A program made the translations under genes and the position numbers. Shown piece after piece: positions 52,921 through 61,891 of a stretch of 64,000 nt of DNA. Below the pieces are notes generated by a model. That model saw nothing but the letters and a program-made list of their open reading frames with translations. It was not told the origin of the DNA and searched no databases. Every line of letters starts with the position of its first letter. The first letter of the stretch is position 1. Origin of the DNA: Candidatus Bathyarchaeota archaeon (lineage in GTDB: Archaea; Thermoproteota; Bathyarchaeia; Bathyarchaeales; Bathycorpusculaceae); contig CAWFFH010000003.1 of assembly GCA_963815095.1 (NCBI GenBank), positions 1,312,001 to 1,376,000 of the forward strand, given 5' to 3'.

Positions 52921-53280
52921 ATGTCGGAAAAGATTTCATTAAGGGAAATAATTGGTGCAATTCTAGGTGAGATAAAAGTCATCCTCAAAGAATATATGAA
53001 TGAAGCGGAAGCTTCTGTTAAGAAACGCCTCAAAAGACTCGTAATCATAAGCGTAATTGGCAGTGTTTTGATGGCTCTGGGAATTTCATTTATCGGTTCA
53101 GCTTCCCTTTTCATACTTATTGGATCGTTCAAGTACCTAAGTCTCTCTATGCCAGCCTGGGAAGCCTTATACATCATGGGAATCACCTCAGGCATTATAG
53201 CAGGTGTGCTCTTTTTTGCGCTTTTCATCATTATACGAAATCAATTGAGATCGCCCGAAAAACCTGATGAGAAAAATTAA
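52921..53280 (+). CDS. Holin-like/YqjE-type two-TM membrane protein
   Basis: Amphipathic N-terminal helix, two TM segments with MPAW, basic tail; GAGG RBS. Confidence 0.6.
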   Translation: MSEKISLREIIGAILGEIKVILKEYMNEAEASVKKRLKRLVIISVIGSVLMALGISFIGSASLFILIGSFKYLSLSMPAWEALYIMGITSGIIAGVLFFALFIIIRNQLRSPEKPDEKN

Positions 53281-53420
53281 GTCAACGAACATTTTAGCTC
53301 GGAAAGTATGCAATCGGGACGTTGAGTTCAACGAAAACGCAGATGTATAAATAAAGTATACTATAGAAGAGCGGTTTGAATCTCTTTGGTCTTGAACCCT
53401 GAAGGGTTCGGAATAATTAA

Positions 53421-53445
53421 TGAGGCCGCTGGGACTCAAACCCAA
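53421..53445 (-). repeat. Degenerate tRNA 3'-end fragment (tRNA-Pro-like)
   Basis: Minus strand TTGGG-TTTGAGT-CCCAG-CGGCCTC-A; shares CCGCTGGGWCTCARACCCAAA with the 50171 copy. Confidence 0.6.
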
Positions 53446-53534
53446 AACTTATTCTTTACCAGACCTAGCGAACCAACTTTTAATGTTCAAGTCGTTGGGG
53501 AACCGAACCCTCTACATTCATGTCAGTTTTTGTA

Positions 53535-53570
53535 TTATGGTTGGGCTTTTGAGTTGAGGTTCAATTCCCT
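53535..53570. repeat. tRNA-derived repeat R, copy 3 (truncated)
   Basis: TTATGGTTGGGCTTTTGAGTTGAGGTTCAATTCCCT; GGTTCAATTCCC is identical to the tRNA-Cys T-arm but inverted relative to the gene. Confidence 0.75.
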
Positions 53571-53616
53571 TAATAGCGATAAAAAAAGAGAGATTAGGCG
53601 ATTAAGCTCCAACTTT

Positions 53617-54150
53617 TTAGCTGGTTTGGAAGGTTAAATTGGGTATGGTTGGATTTATGTGGATGTCAAATATTTTGATAGAGTCCCCGTTTAATGCCGT
53701 ATATGAATAAGTTGCAGTGCTATTCCAAGCGTCAAGTTTTGATACATAGTCTGACCACATGTTGCCCCAAAGAGGCCACGCGCTATTGAAATTATCTGTC
53801 ATCCAGGCTGCGTCACTGGTTTTGTTCCAAGCACCTTGTGTACCAGCATTTAAAACATAAGTGTAGTTAGCGCCGCCTGGGTTGCAGCTTGGTAAGTCAA
53901 CTCGTATGGTCAAGTTGGCTGTTCCTATATTGATTCCTGAAAATTGATATGGTGTTGTTGTGCCTTGACTTGTGTCATTGACGGTGAACTGTAAGCTGGT
54001 TGCATCTGCGATATTAACTGATGTAGTTTGTTTGTTTGAGTTATTTGCGTTGTTGTTTAGTAAGAGTGCTACTGCACTAGCTGCTATAATGACAACTAAT
54101 AAAACCGCAATAACAATAAAAATTGTTTTTTTATTCATGTTAAAAAACAC
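53617..54150 (-). CDS. Secreted or membrane-anchored hypothetical protein
   Basis: N-terminal TM, Asn/Thr-rich beta domain (ATSLQFTVN...IHINPTIPNLTF). Confidence 0.75.
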   Translation of the reverse strand: MFFNMNKKTIFIVIAVLLVVIIAASAVALLLNNNANNSNKQTTSVNIADATSLQFTVNDTSQGTTTPYQFSGINIGTANLTIRVDLPSCNPGGANYTYVLNAGTQGAWNKTSDAAWMTDNFNSAWPLWGNMWSDYVSKLDAWNSTATYSYTALNGDSIKIFDIHINPTIPNLTFQTS

Positions 54151-54267
54151 TGATTCAAATCATTTCCTAACTTTTAATTGGATATATAGTTTTTCCTAAT
54201 ACTTGCAAATCAATTTTTTGTTCAAGTCAAGCAGATAATGCTCCGCCTCGTTCTTTTGCTGTATTGG

Positions 54268-56130
54268 TTAAGTATTTTTGTTTGTTGTTGTTCCGTTCCA
54301 AAAAACAAATTCACTATAGACTGATGAGTTGAAGTCTATTCCGTCGTTGTAAATTATGTCAAGGTTAGATCCATATTGATTCATAAGATTATTTAGTTTC
54401 AAGCTAAGCTGGGTTGAAGAGGCATTTGAACCCCAAAATCCCCAAAAATTGTCATTTGGACCCCGAAAACCATACCCGTCATCTTTAGGAAGAACAAACG
54501 CAACCCTCCCAACCGAAGAATTACTGGATGGAGGAGTAGAATTTGGACGATTCCAAAAATTTTTTAGCGCATCTAAATGTTCTTGTTTTAAAATCCCATA
54601 CGTGGAGTTTGAATCATAGGGGTAGTTGAAGACTAAAACGTATTTTGCTCCATAATTATAAGCTAACACCATATCGTTGTAGAGGTCCTCTCCAGACTCG
54701 ATGTATGGAGCAGAATTATTTGTCCATGTAATAATGGCGCCCCAATCTTTGTTTTGAACTGTCGCTGCACCCCGAACAAATTCCGCAGTCATTTGTCTTA
54801 ATTGTGTATTATTGCTTAAACTATTCAAACCAAGCTCTGCAAAGACTACATCATATCCTGCTTTGTAGTCGTACCAGTAAAGTGCATAGTCTGAAGTAAA
54901 AGTTTCAATGTTTCTAATCTTTAGCATTTGCATGTCAGACTTTCCTCGGTTAGCAGTTAGGAAAGATCGCAAATACCTGCTTGCAGCTTGGTCTTGGGTA
55001 GTGGGCGTGGGTCCTACTCGTCCATATTTGATTCCGTTGCTGTCAAGTTGAACTCCTCCTGGTTCGTCATACAGGTATATTCCTAGAAATTTTTCTCCCC
55101 ATCTTAGTTTAGCAGTGTCAAGAAAATTAGCTTGCCAATATTGGCTAAACCAAGCAAAATAAACAATTATGTGGAGTCCGTTCTGAACAGCATAATCGCA
55201 AATCTCGTTCATTTCTAATTCGTTTTGGCTAATGGGCAAAGAATCAACCACAAAAACATTGGTGTAATTTTTCACTTCGTTAATGAGTACTTTTGCTTCT
55301 TCTATCGTGTTGCCGCCAAATGTGACTCCGACATAGAAATTTTTCGTCGGGCTTCCGGTGCTTAGGTTATAATTGGTTGGTTGAACAAACGATATTGATT
55401 CCAAAATTAATATGGATAGTAAAATTAATGCGAGAATTTTGATAGAGAAAAACTGTTTATAACCTTGAATAAATCTTTGGCGAGAAATGCTATTTTTCTT
55501 TATTGTATTTTGATTAATATGGTGTAAAGAATAGATTGCTAAACTGCTATTGATTGTTGCAATCAGCATCAAAGTAGGAAATGACGATGTAAATAGGAAA
55601 AAAAATCTCAACATTACAATGAGCAAAATAAAGTTAAAAACTAAAGATACCCCGGAAAAAAGGTATCCAAGTCTTTGAGTCCAACGATTTTTAATTAGTA
55701 GAAGTAACGAAGTGCATAGTAGAATTATGGTCATGGCGAAGAGAATTTGCAAGGTGATGCTTTCAGGTATCCAAACGTCGTAGGGTGTCCATTGGAGACT
55801 AAGTCCTGCAGACGCCTCTAAAACAAATGCAAGCCAAGCACAATTAACTGCTGTAATCTCTTTTGAATATTTTTTGTTCTTTATAGCAATGAGCAAAATA
55901 AGTATTAGAAAAAGTCCAAATCCTAAAGTGCCAACGTAAGTGATATCGCGTAATTGCGAAAACGCAGCTGATATTATGGAAATGTTAAAGGGAAGCAAGG
56001 ATTGCCTGAAAAAAGACCTGTAACCAAAATATGGATATGCGAAAAAAACTGTTAGTGCAAAAAAAATTATGGTTTCAATTCTAAATGTCCATTTGTTAGT
56101 AAAGGCATTATAGAAAAAATCAGTATTCAA
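54268..56130 (-). CDS. Membrane protein with an extracellular, possibly glycoside hydrolase-like domain
   Basis: About 7 TM helices, then FYVGVTF, FLGIYLYDEPGG, FTSDYALYWYDY, WGAIITW; fold and function are inference. Confidence 0.65.
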   Translation of the reverse strand: MNTDFFYNAFTNKWTFRIETIIFFALTVFFAYPYFGYRSFFRQSLLPFNISIISAAFSQLRDITYVGTLGFGLFLILILLIAIKNKKYSKEITAVNCAWLAFVLEASAGLSLQWTPYDVWIPESITLQILFAMTIILLCTSLLLLIKNRWTQRLGYLFSGVSLVFNFILLIVMLRFFFLFTSSFPTLMLIATINSSLAIYSLHHINQNTIKKNSISRQRFIQGYKQFFSIKILALILLSILILESISFVQPTNYNLSTGSPTKNFYVGVTFGGNTIEEAKVLINEVKNYTNVFVVDSLPISQNELEMNEICDYAVQNGLHIIVYFAWFSQYWQANFLDTAKLRWGEKFLGIYLYDEPGGVQLDSNGIKYGRVGPTPTTQDQAASRYLRSFLTANRGKSDMQMLKIRNIETFTSDYALYWYDYKAGYDVVFAELGLNSLSNNTQLRQMTAEFVRGAATVQNKDWGAIITWTNNSAPYIESGEDLYNDMVLAYNYGAKYVLVFNYPYDSNSTYGILKQEHLDALKNFWNRPNSTPPSSNSSVGRVAFVLPKDDGYGFRGPNDNFWGFWGSNASSTQLSLKLNNLMNQYGSNLDIIYNDGIDFNSSVYSEFVFWNGTTTNKNT

Positions 56131-56610
56131 ATCAATTTTCCTGTGTAAGAGTAAACATGTGTAAATAAATGCTTTCTGAAAAATTAATCGCAGAGTCTAA
56201 TTGTGGATGAGATAGGAAAAATCGAACCCTCTTGATAGTTGATTGATCAGAACAAGGGTCGACAAATTGTTGTATTTTTGTTTTATGTTCTTTTCTCTAT
56301 CGGTTGATATTTTTTGATCAAAATAAAACCATACTTATTTGATTTGCCTAATCAATGTTTATTGCGAGCTTGTCGGAAATCTTTCTCTAAAATTTTCGAG
56401 ATGTGCCAACATAGATGCGCCTTGGAACCTCTGCGATTCAAACTGAATCAAGGCAACGGGCATATGAATTCCGGATACATAAAGTTTAAAAAAAAAAATA
56501 GATCCCTAGCGCTGGTTGGGCAGGTTCAGAGGGAACTGCTGGATGGTTCGCCATCTTCACGCACTTCCACAAACTCTCAACCTACCCCTTCTTTAAGCTC
56601 TTTCAAAATC

Positions 56611-56690
56611 TGGGAGTATAGTCGAGTAGCTTGCCGAGTTTCACCTTATCATCAAAACATAAAAAACCACAAAATAAATACAGAAATCAT
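56611..56690 (-). repeat. Third, more diverged copy of the tRNA-Cys downstream flank
   Basis: TGGGAGTATAG...TATCATCAAAACA...CAAAATAAATACAGAAATC versus 57160-57241. Confidence 0.5.
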
Positions 56691-56724
56691 TTACTCTATG
56701 AGCTCCCGTCCGTGGAAGGCCTTA

Positions 56725-57108
56725 TTAGGTGAAGCTGTCGGGTTGAGCGTCTTCTTCAAGCAAGCTTGTATACAAGCGAAATTTTTCATCGTAAATGTCG
56801 GCCAAATGTGCATCGTTCCAGACTTTTGATTTGCTCCTGATGGCTGCGTGCCAAAACTTCTGGTCTTCTTCATGTCCGGCAACGTAAACTTCAAGAAAAT
56901 AGGTGACTTCGCATTTTTGATTTTCTATCTCGGGAATGAAGGCATAAGTGACAATGCCTTGTTCGTTGTCCGAAGTGAATTTCATGGCGTTTTGGATGCT
57001 GGCTGACATTGTTTTTAGTGTTTCTTTGATTGCCGTTTTGTGGCTTTTTGGAATCTTGTTTTTCTTGTTCCAGAGGATTTCGCACTCTAAGACAGAGAAC
57101 TCTTCCAT
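56725..57108 (-). CDS. Hypothetical protein
   Basis: 127-aa intact ATG ORF. Confidence 0.55.
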   Translation of the reverse strand: MEEFSVLECEILWNKKNKIPKSHKTAIKETLKTMSASIQNAMKFTSDNEQGIVTYAFIPEIENQKCEVTYFLEVYVAGHEEDQKFWHAAIRSKSKVWNDAHLADIYDEKFRLYTSLLEEDAQPDSFT

Positions 57109-57261
57109 GGGGCATCCTAAATCTTAGTGGTTCCTCGGGATATAAGCTATTCCACTGATTGGGAGGTATAGAGGGAAGAAGGTCTTACGGGCTTAAGCGT
57201 ATCATCACAACAATTAAGAATCAAAATAATAAAATCAAATCTACTATTGGTTAGGATAAAG

Positions 57262-57334
57262 AGCTGGGGATGGGAATTGAACCCATATAGAGCAGCTCTG
57301 CAGGCTACCGCCTCAGCGATTCGGCCACCCCAGC
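57262..57334 (-). tRNA. trnC: tRNA-Cys (GCA), no encoded CCA
   Basis: GCTGGGG acceptor stem, GTAGC-CTGCAGA-GCTGC anticodon arm, ATGGG-TTCAATT-CCCAT T-arm, U73 discriminator. Confidence 0.95.
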
Positions 57335-57421
57335 ATCATAACCCTAGGTCGAAGTCTACAATAAAAATATTGTTGGCTTCATTCCTTTTTCTATTACATC
57401 TATAGCGTTTGGTTGGTGGAG

Positions 57422-57784
57422 TTATTTTTTGAAGGCTAACCCCGTGAATAAGGCTATGAGTTTGTCTTCCTTGCGAACCATAACTTGGTATAGCCCCGTG
57501 GTTTTGCCGTCGGAAACCCGCGTTGCCTCAGCAGTTAGCTGATCGCCTTCAGCAGAGGGTCTAAGAAAATTTATGCTAACCTGAATAGCCACCGCGACGT
57601 TGTCGCCAAAATTAGCGGCTTGCGCAAACGCGTAATCCGCCAACGAAAAGATTGCGCCCCCATGTGTGAAGCCCAGAGCATTCGTATGGGTCTTTTCAAC
57701 TTTCATCGATACTTTTGAGTAGCCGTCTTTTGCTTCCAGAACTTGGATTCCTAAGGTTTCTGCAAAATAGTCGGTGCTTTTCAT
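57422..57784 (-). CDS. paaI: PaaI-family hotdog thioesterase
   Basis: NALGFTHGGAIFSLADYAFA motif. Confidence 0.9.
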   Translation of the reverse strand: MKSTDYFAETLGIQVLEAKDGYSKVSMKVEKTHTNALGFTHGGAIFSLADYAFAQAANFGDNVAVAIQVSINFLRPSAEGDQLTAEATRVSDGKTTGLYQVMVRKEDKLIALFTGLAFKK

Positions 57785-58875
57785 TTGGTCTTCACTTTTT
57801 TTGGTTTTTCTTCACTCATCAAATAGTTGTAGAATTTACGGAATAAGGCGGTTAACCCCTGTGGGAAGAATATGACTATAATCAGCAGAATTATGCCAAT
57901 TATCAGATAGACTACTGGGGGTCCAGCATAGCTAACATTTGGGAAAATTGGACCAAATGCCGAGCTTAATGACTGGGTTACAGATGGGATTGTTAGGATT
58001 TGGGTTACAGAAGTCAAGAAGATTGCTCCAATGATGGGTCCACTTACACTTCCTAAGCCGCCAATAACCGTCATGATAAGCGGCAAAAAGGAGTTTGTAG
58101 GCGAAAAAATCGAGTTATCGACAAAACGGATAAAGTAAACATATAATCCTCCTGCCATACCTGCAAAAAAAGTACTGATGACGAAAGCCATAAGCTTGTA
58201 TTTTGCCGTGTTTATCCCTATCATTCTGGCTTCGGATTCATTGCCGTGTATGGCTTTAAAGGCAAACCCAATACGTGTTTTCATAATCAGATACATGATG
58301 CCTATAGATGTGACAGCGAAAACTATGACTAAGATGTAGAAGGGGTATCCTCCGGGCACAAGTTGGGAAGGTGCAAAACCGCTTATTCCGTTAGTTATCG
58401 AGTCAAACTGGCTGGATAAAGTGAAGGCTATTACTGAGAAGCCAAAGGTCACCATAGCCAAGTACCAAGCCTTGAGCCGTACACAAGCCAACCCAATCAA
58501 CAAGCCGATTCCAGCAGAAATCAACCCTCCAATCAAAATGACACTAACTTGGATTGCCACAGATAAGGCGCCTATAGGAACTGCGTAGCCACCCCACATC
58601 TGGATGAGGGCATTTGCGATTCTGGTGCCAATTATTGCTGAGGCAAAGCCGCCAATGCCGAGGAAGGCTGCGTGTCCCAGTGAGCCTTGGCCAGAGTTTG
58701 CCAGAAAATTCCAGCTTGCTGCGTAAATGGAAAAGATAAAGATTAACGTGAAAACGTACAGAAAGAAGGTATCCGTTACTACGAGTGGGATTACTGCCAA
58801 AATCGCGAAGCAGGCAATTAACAGTAAAAAGCCCTTAGAACGTAATAACACTAAGAGTTTTTGTTGAAGTTGCAT
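57781..58875 (-). CDS. livM: Branched-chain amino acid ABC transporter permease, LivM-like
   Basis: SLGHAAFLGIGG, YLAMVT, IHGNESEARMIGIN, IGGLGS. Confidence 0.9.
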   Translation of the reverse strand: MQLQQKLLVLLRSKGFLLLIACFAILAVIPLVVTDTFFLYVFTLIFIFSIYAASWNFLANSGQGSLGHAAFLGIGGFASAIIGTRIANALIQMWGGYAVPIGALSVAIQVSVILIGGLISAGIGLLIGLACVRLKAWYLAMVTFGFSVIAFTLSSQFDSITNGISGFAPSQLVPGGYPFYILVIVFAVTSIGIMYLIMKTRIGFAFKAIHGNESEARMIGINTAKYKLMAFVISTFFAGMAGGLYVYFIRFVDNSIFSPTNSFLPLIMTVIGGLGSVSGPIIGAIFLTSVTQILTIPSVTQSLSSAFGPIFPNVSYAGPPVVYLIIGIILLIIVIFFPQGLTALFRKFYNYLMSEEKPKKVKTK

Positions 58876-58876
58876 G

Positions 58877-59755
58877 TTATTCTCCCTTCTCTCCAAATAA
58901 ACCGTTGGGACGGATGATTAAAACAATTATGAGTAAGGCAAATGCAACAGCGCTTGACCATGTTCCACCTAGAAACAGTGTCGCCAACTGTTCGGTAATG
59001 CCATAAAGGAGTCCGCCTATGATAGCGCCTCGAATGCTTCCTAAACCACCCAAAATGATTATGGCAAAGGCGATTATGGTTGGCATTGCGCCGACTTGTG
59101 AATCAAAAGAGAAAATTATTCCATATAAGCCTCCAGCCACAGCAGCTAAGGCGGAGCCTAAAGCAAAGGTTATCATGTAAATCCGCTCCACGTTAATCCC
59201 CATCAGCATTGCGGTTCGATTTATTTGACTAGTAGCCCGCATGGCTAAACCAATCTTCGTTTTCCACAACAGTAAACCAAAACCAACCAGAACAGCAACT
59301 ACTACACCGACAGCGACAATGCGGTCATAGGTTATAGAGATGCCTGTCAATTGTAAACTCATGCCATAAAAAGGACTTTTAATTTGTTGAGCTTGGTCTC
59401 CCCAAATGAGCAAAGCAGCGTTTTCAAAAATGTAAATCAAGCCAAGACTTATGAAAATCTCGTTAAGTTTATCGGTTCCTAAAACCCTTCGGAACGTGAA
59501 CCGCTCAATCACTACCCCTAAGACTGCAACTATAACCATTGAGACCAGAATTGCAACATAGGCGTTTAAACCTGCAGAGACAGAGATAGTCCAAGTCAAG
59601 TATGCGCCTATCATGAGAAACTGTCCATGAGCGAAGTTGACCATTTTCATAACGCCAAAAATAACGTTTAATCCTGTGGCCAGCAACATATAGATGCATC
59701 CGATTGCGACGCCCCAGATTAAAGTTAAAGCAAGTGTTCCAGCAGTTATGTCCAT
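58877..59755 (-). CDS. livH: Branched-chain amino acid ABC transporter permease, LivH-like
   Basis: GLNVIFGVMKMVNFAHG, GLAMRA, LGGLGS, RPNGLFG. Confidence 0.92.
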   Translation of the reverse strand: MDITAGTLALTLIWGVAIGCIYMLLATGLNVIFGVMKMVNFAHGQFLMIGAYLTWTISVSAGLNAYVAILVSMVIVAVLGVVIERFTFRRVLGTDKLNEIFISLGLIYIFENAALLIWGDQAQQIKSPFYGMSLQLTGISITYDRIVAVGVVVAVLVGFGLLLWKTKIGLAMRATSQINRTAMLMGINVERIYMITFALGSALAAVAGGLYGIIFSFDSQVGAMPTIIAFAIIILGGLGSIRGAIIGGLLYGITEQLATLFLGGTWSSAVAFALLIIVLIIRPNGLFGEKGE

Positions 59756-59877
59756 AATGCAGTTTTTCCCTCAACCAATGGTCTGTAAACTCTTGTTTTA
59801 TTCATTGCTTAACTATTTAAAATGTGTTTATTTCAAGAAAAAATAAAGAAAGAAAAATTGGTAAGAAGCTAACTTGT

Positions 59878-61251
59878 TTAGCTTCCAGGTTCATAGCCTG
59901 TGGGCAGTTTAAAATCTGCTTGTTTGAAGTTGCTGATGCCTGGCATAGATGCTGGCCAAACTATCTGTGATTCCAGCGTGTTCGTTTGGCTGTTCCATTT
60001 TAGTTGTTCCATGAAGGTTACTGGGCCAATTTCGTGGTAGTTGACGTCTTTGCTGAACTGTATTTTGCCTGATTGCGTCAAGATGAGCATTTGGTTAAGG
60101 TCAATGTTTTCAATTGCGGTTCGTACAGAAGCTTTGTCTATTGTTCCTGCGTTTTGAATTGCACTCTTTGCTATGTAAAATGAATCATAGGTGTCTGCTC
60201 CCATCATTCCGGGCATTACACCGTAGGTTTGGTTGAATTTTTGGGAGTAGGTTTGTACTGCTGTAGAGTAGGATGGTACTTGGAACGGGTCCATCTTTGA
60301 CTCCATAAGTTGTCCATCACCGGTAGCTCCTAACAAATTGTAGAAGACTGGGTCTTGATTGTTTTCGACTGCAATGTAAACGGTCTTTAATCCTACGTCG
60401 TTCCATCCTTGCGTTATCACTAATGGAGTTTTGTCGGGGTTGTCAGCGACAAACACGGCATCTGGATTAGCCTGTTTAATGACTGTTAAATCAGTTTGGA
60501 AGCTGCTTGAGCTGGTTGGGTGTTTTCTGTCTGCAACGATGTTGATTGGCAGGCTTTCATTTTGGATCCAGTATTTGGCTGCTTGTTCAACTGCGTTTCC
60601 AAAAGAGTCATCGCGGTAATATAGTGCAAGGTTGAAGTCGCGGTCTGGTGCTACCATTGGCTTCATTTGGGCTGCTAAAAAGTCAACAACGGTTTTTGCA
60701 TAGTCATAGGTTGTTGTGCAATAGTGGAACATGTAACTCACTCCATCTTCGTCGGAGATACTGTAGGTTCCTGTTGGACCTGCGCCGCCAAAGTCGCCTT
60801 GTGGTCCTCTTCGGGTGACAAGTTGATTTGAGGCTCCAGTGATTATGAAGGGAACTTTGTTATCGATTGCTACCACTTCGTCTGCGAGAGTTGCTGCGCT
60901 GCCATATCCTCCAATGAGCATGTCAACCTTTTCAGATTGCACGGCTCGTGTTACTGCTGTCACTGCGACGGTTGGGTCAGCGTCTGTTCCTGTATCTACA
61001 GTTACTAAAGTTATGTTTACCTTGGTGTTCCAACCTGAAATTTCGATACCGCCTGCATCGTTGATTTCGTTAACTGCCATCAATGCTGCATTATGCATGT
61101 CCTGTCCAATTGACGTTGACATCGGCGCAACTAAGCCTATCACTATGTTTCTTGCATCTGGAGAAGCTGGTTTAGATGATAATTGTATTGCTGCAACAGC
61201 TGCTACAACAATAATCACAACAATTAATACTGCGAGTAATTTCTTTTGCAA
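59878..61251 (-). CDS. ABC transporter substrate-binding protein (Leu/Ile/Val-binding family), membrane-anchored
   Basis: N-terminal TM, AVNEINDAGGI, IGGYGS, YDSFYI; TTG start after GAGG. Confidence 0.9.
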   Translation of the reverse strand: MQKKLLAVLIVVIIVVAAVAAIQLSSKPASPDARNIVIGLVAPMSTSIGQDMHNAALMAVNEINDAGGIEISGWNTKVNITLVTVDTGTDADPTVAVTAVTRAVQSEKVDMLIGGYGSAATLADEVVAIDNKVPFIITGASNQLVTRRGPQGDFGGAGPTGTYSISDEDGVSYMFHYCTTTYDYAKTVVDFLAAQMKPMVAPDRDFNLALYYRDDSFGNAVEQAAKYWIQNESLPINIVADRKHPTSSSSFQTDLTVIKQANPDAVFVADNPDKTPLVITQGWNDVGLKTVYIAVENNQDPVFYNLLGATGDGQLMESKMDPFQVPSYSTAVQTYSQKFNQTYGVMPGMMGADTYDSFYIAKSAIQNAGTIDKASVRTAIENIDLNQMLILTQSGKIQFSKDVNYHEIGPVTFMEQLKWNSQTNTLESQIVWPASMPGISNFKQADFKLPTGYEPGS

Positions 61252-61309
61252 ATTGATTTCCTCTTGTTTTTTCTTTGCTATATCCAAGCAAACTGTTAAT
61301 AAAAGTAAC

Positions 61310-61891
61310 TCATAAAACGCTTTCTCTACCTAACTGAAACGCTTTTAGATTCAAATTTATGTATTTTTCTTTAAGCTTGCCTGCTATAGCTTGCTGGAAT
61401 GACTCGACTTTTACTGGAATATCTGGAAGAGCCGATAAAGCTCCGAGAAGAATTGTGTTGACAACCAGCATGTTGCCTAATTTTTCCGCTATGCCAACGC
61501 CATCCACTTCATGAACCAAAGCCTTTGCCCTCAAAAGCGACATAAAATCTTCGGTTTTTTTGGGTTTAGCGCCTGCAACCATGCAGTTAGGCGGAATGTA
61601 CTTCATGTTCACGATTATATCACCATTTTTCTTAAGCATTGGCAGGGCCCTTGCAGTTTCCAAAATCTCAAAACCCACAATCGCGTCAGCTTTTCCGGTT
61701 TCAATCAGGGGCGAATCAACTTTGGTGCCGATTCGTGCATAAGCAACTATTGAACCTCCCCGCTGCGCCATTCCATGAATCTCAGCCTTCGCAACATCAA
61801 AGCCATCCAGCATTGCAGCTTCGCAGAAAATGTCGCTTAAAACTACAACTCCTTGCCCACCCACACCGCTAAAGACTATGTCTAAGTTCAC
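61310..61891 (-). CDS. iorB: Indolepyruvate:ferredoxin oxidoreductase beta subunit
   Basis: GVGGQG, EIHGMAQRGGS, NTILLG. Confidence 0.93.
   Translation of the reverse strand: MNLDIVFSGVGGQGVVVLSDIFCEAAMLDGFDVAKAEIHGMAQRGGSIVAYARIGTKVDSPLIETGKADAIVGFEILETARALPMLKKNGDIIVNMKYIPPNCMVAGAKPKKTEDFMSLLRAKALVHEVDGVGIAEKLGNMLVVNTILLGALSALPDIPVKVESFQQAIAGKLKEKYINLNLKAFQLGRESVL

Larger units (their letters stand above)
48397..57261. mobile_element. Putative tRNA-Cys-anchored genomic island, no integrase inside
   Basis: Bounded by the intact tRNA-Cys and a displaced 3'-end copy; internal tRNA fragments; accessory cargo. Confidence 0.55.

Noticed and set aside
56220-56480. Structured ncRNA from hairpins at 56222-56262 and 56418-56455
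   Set aside because: Short imperfect stems with no second copy or recognisable family
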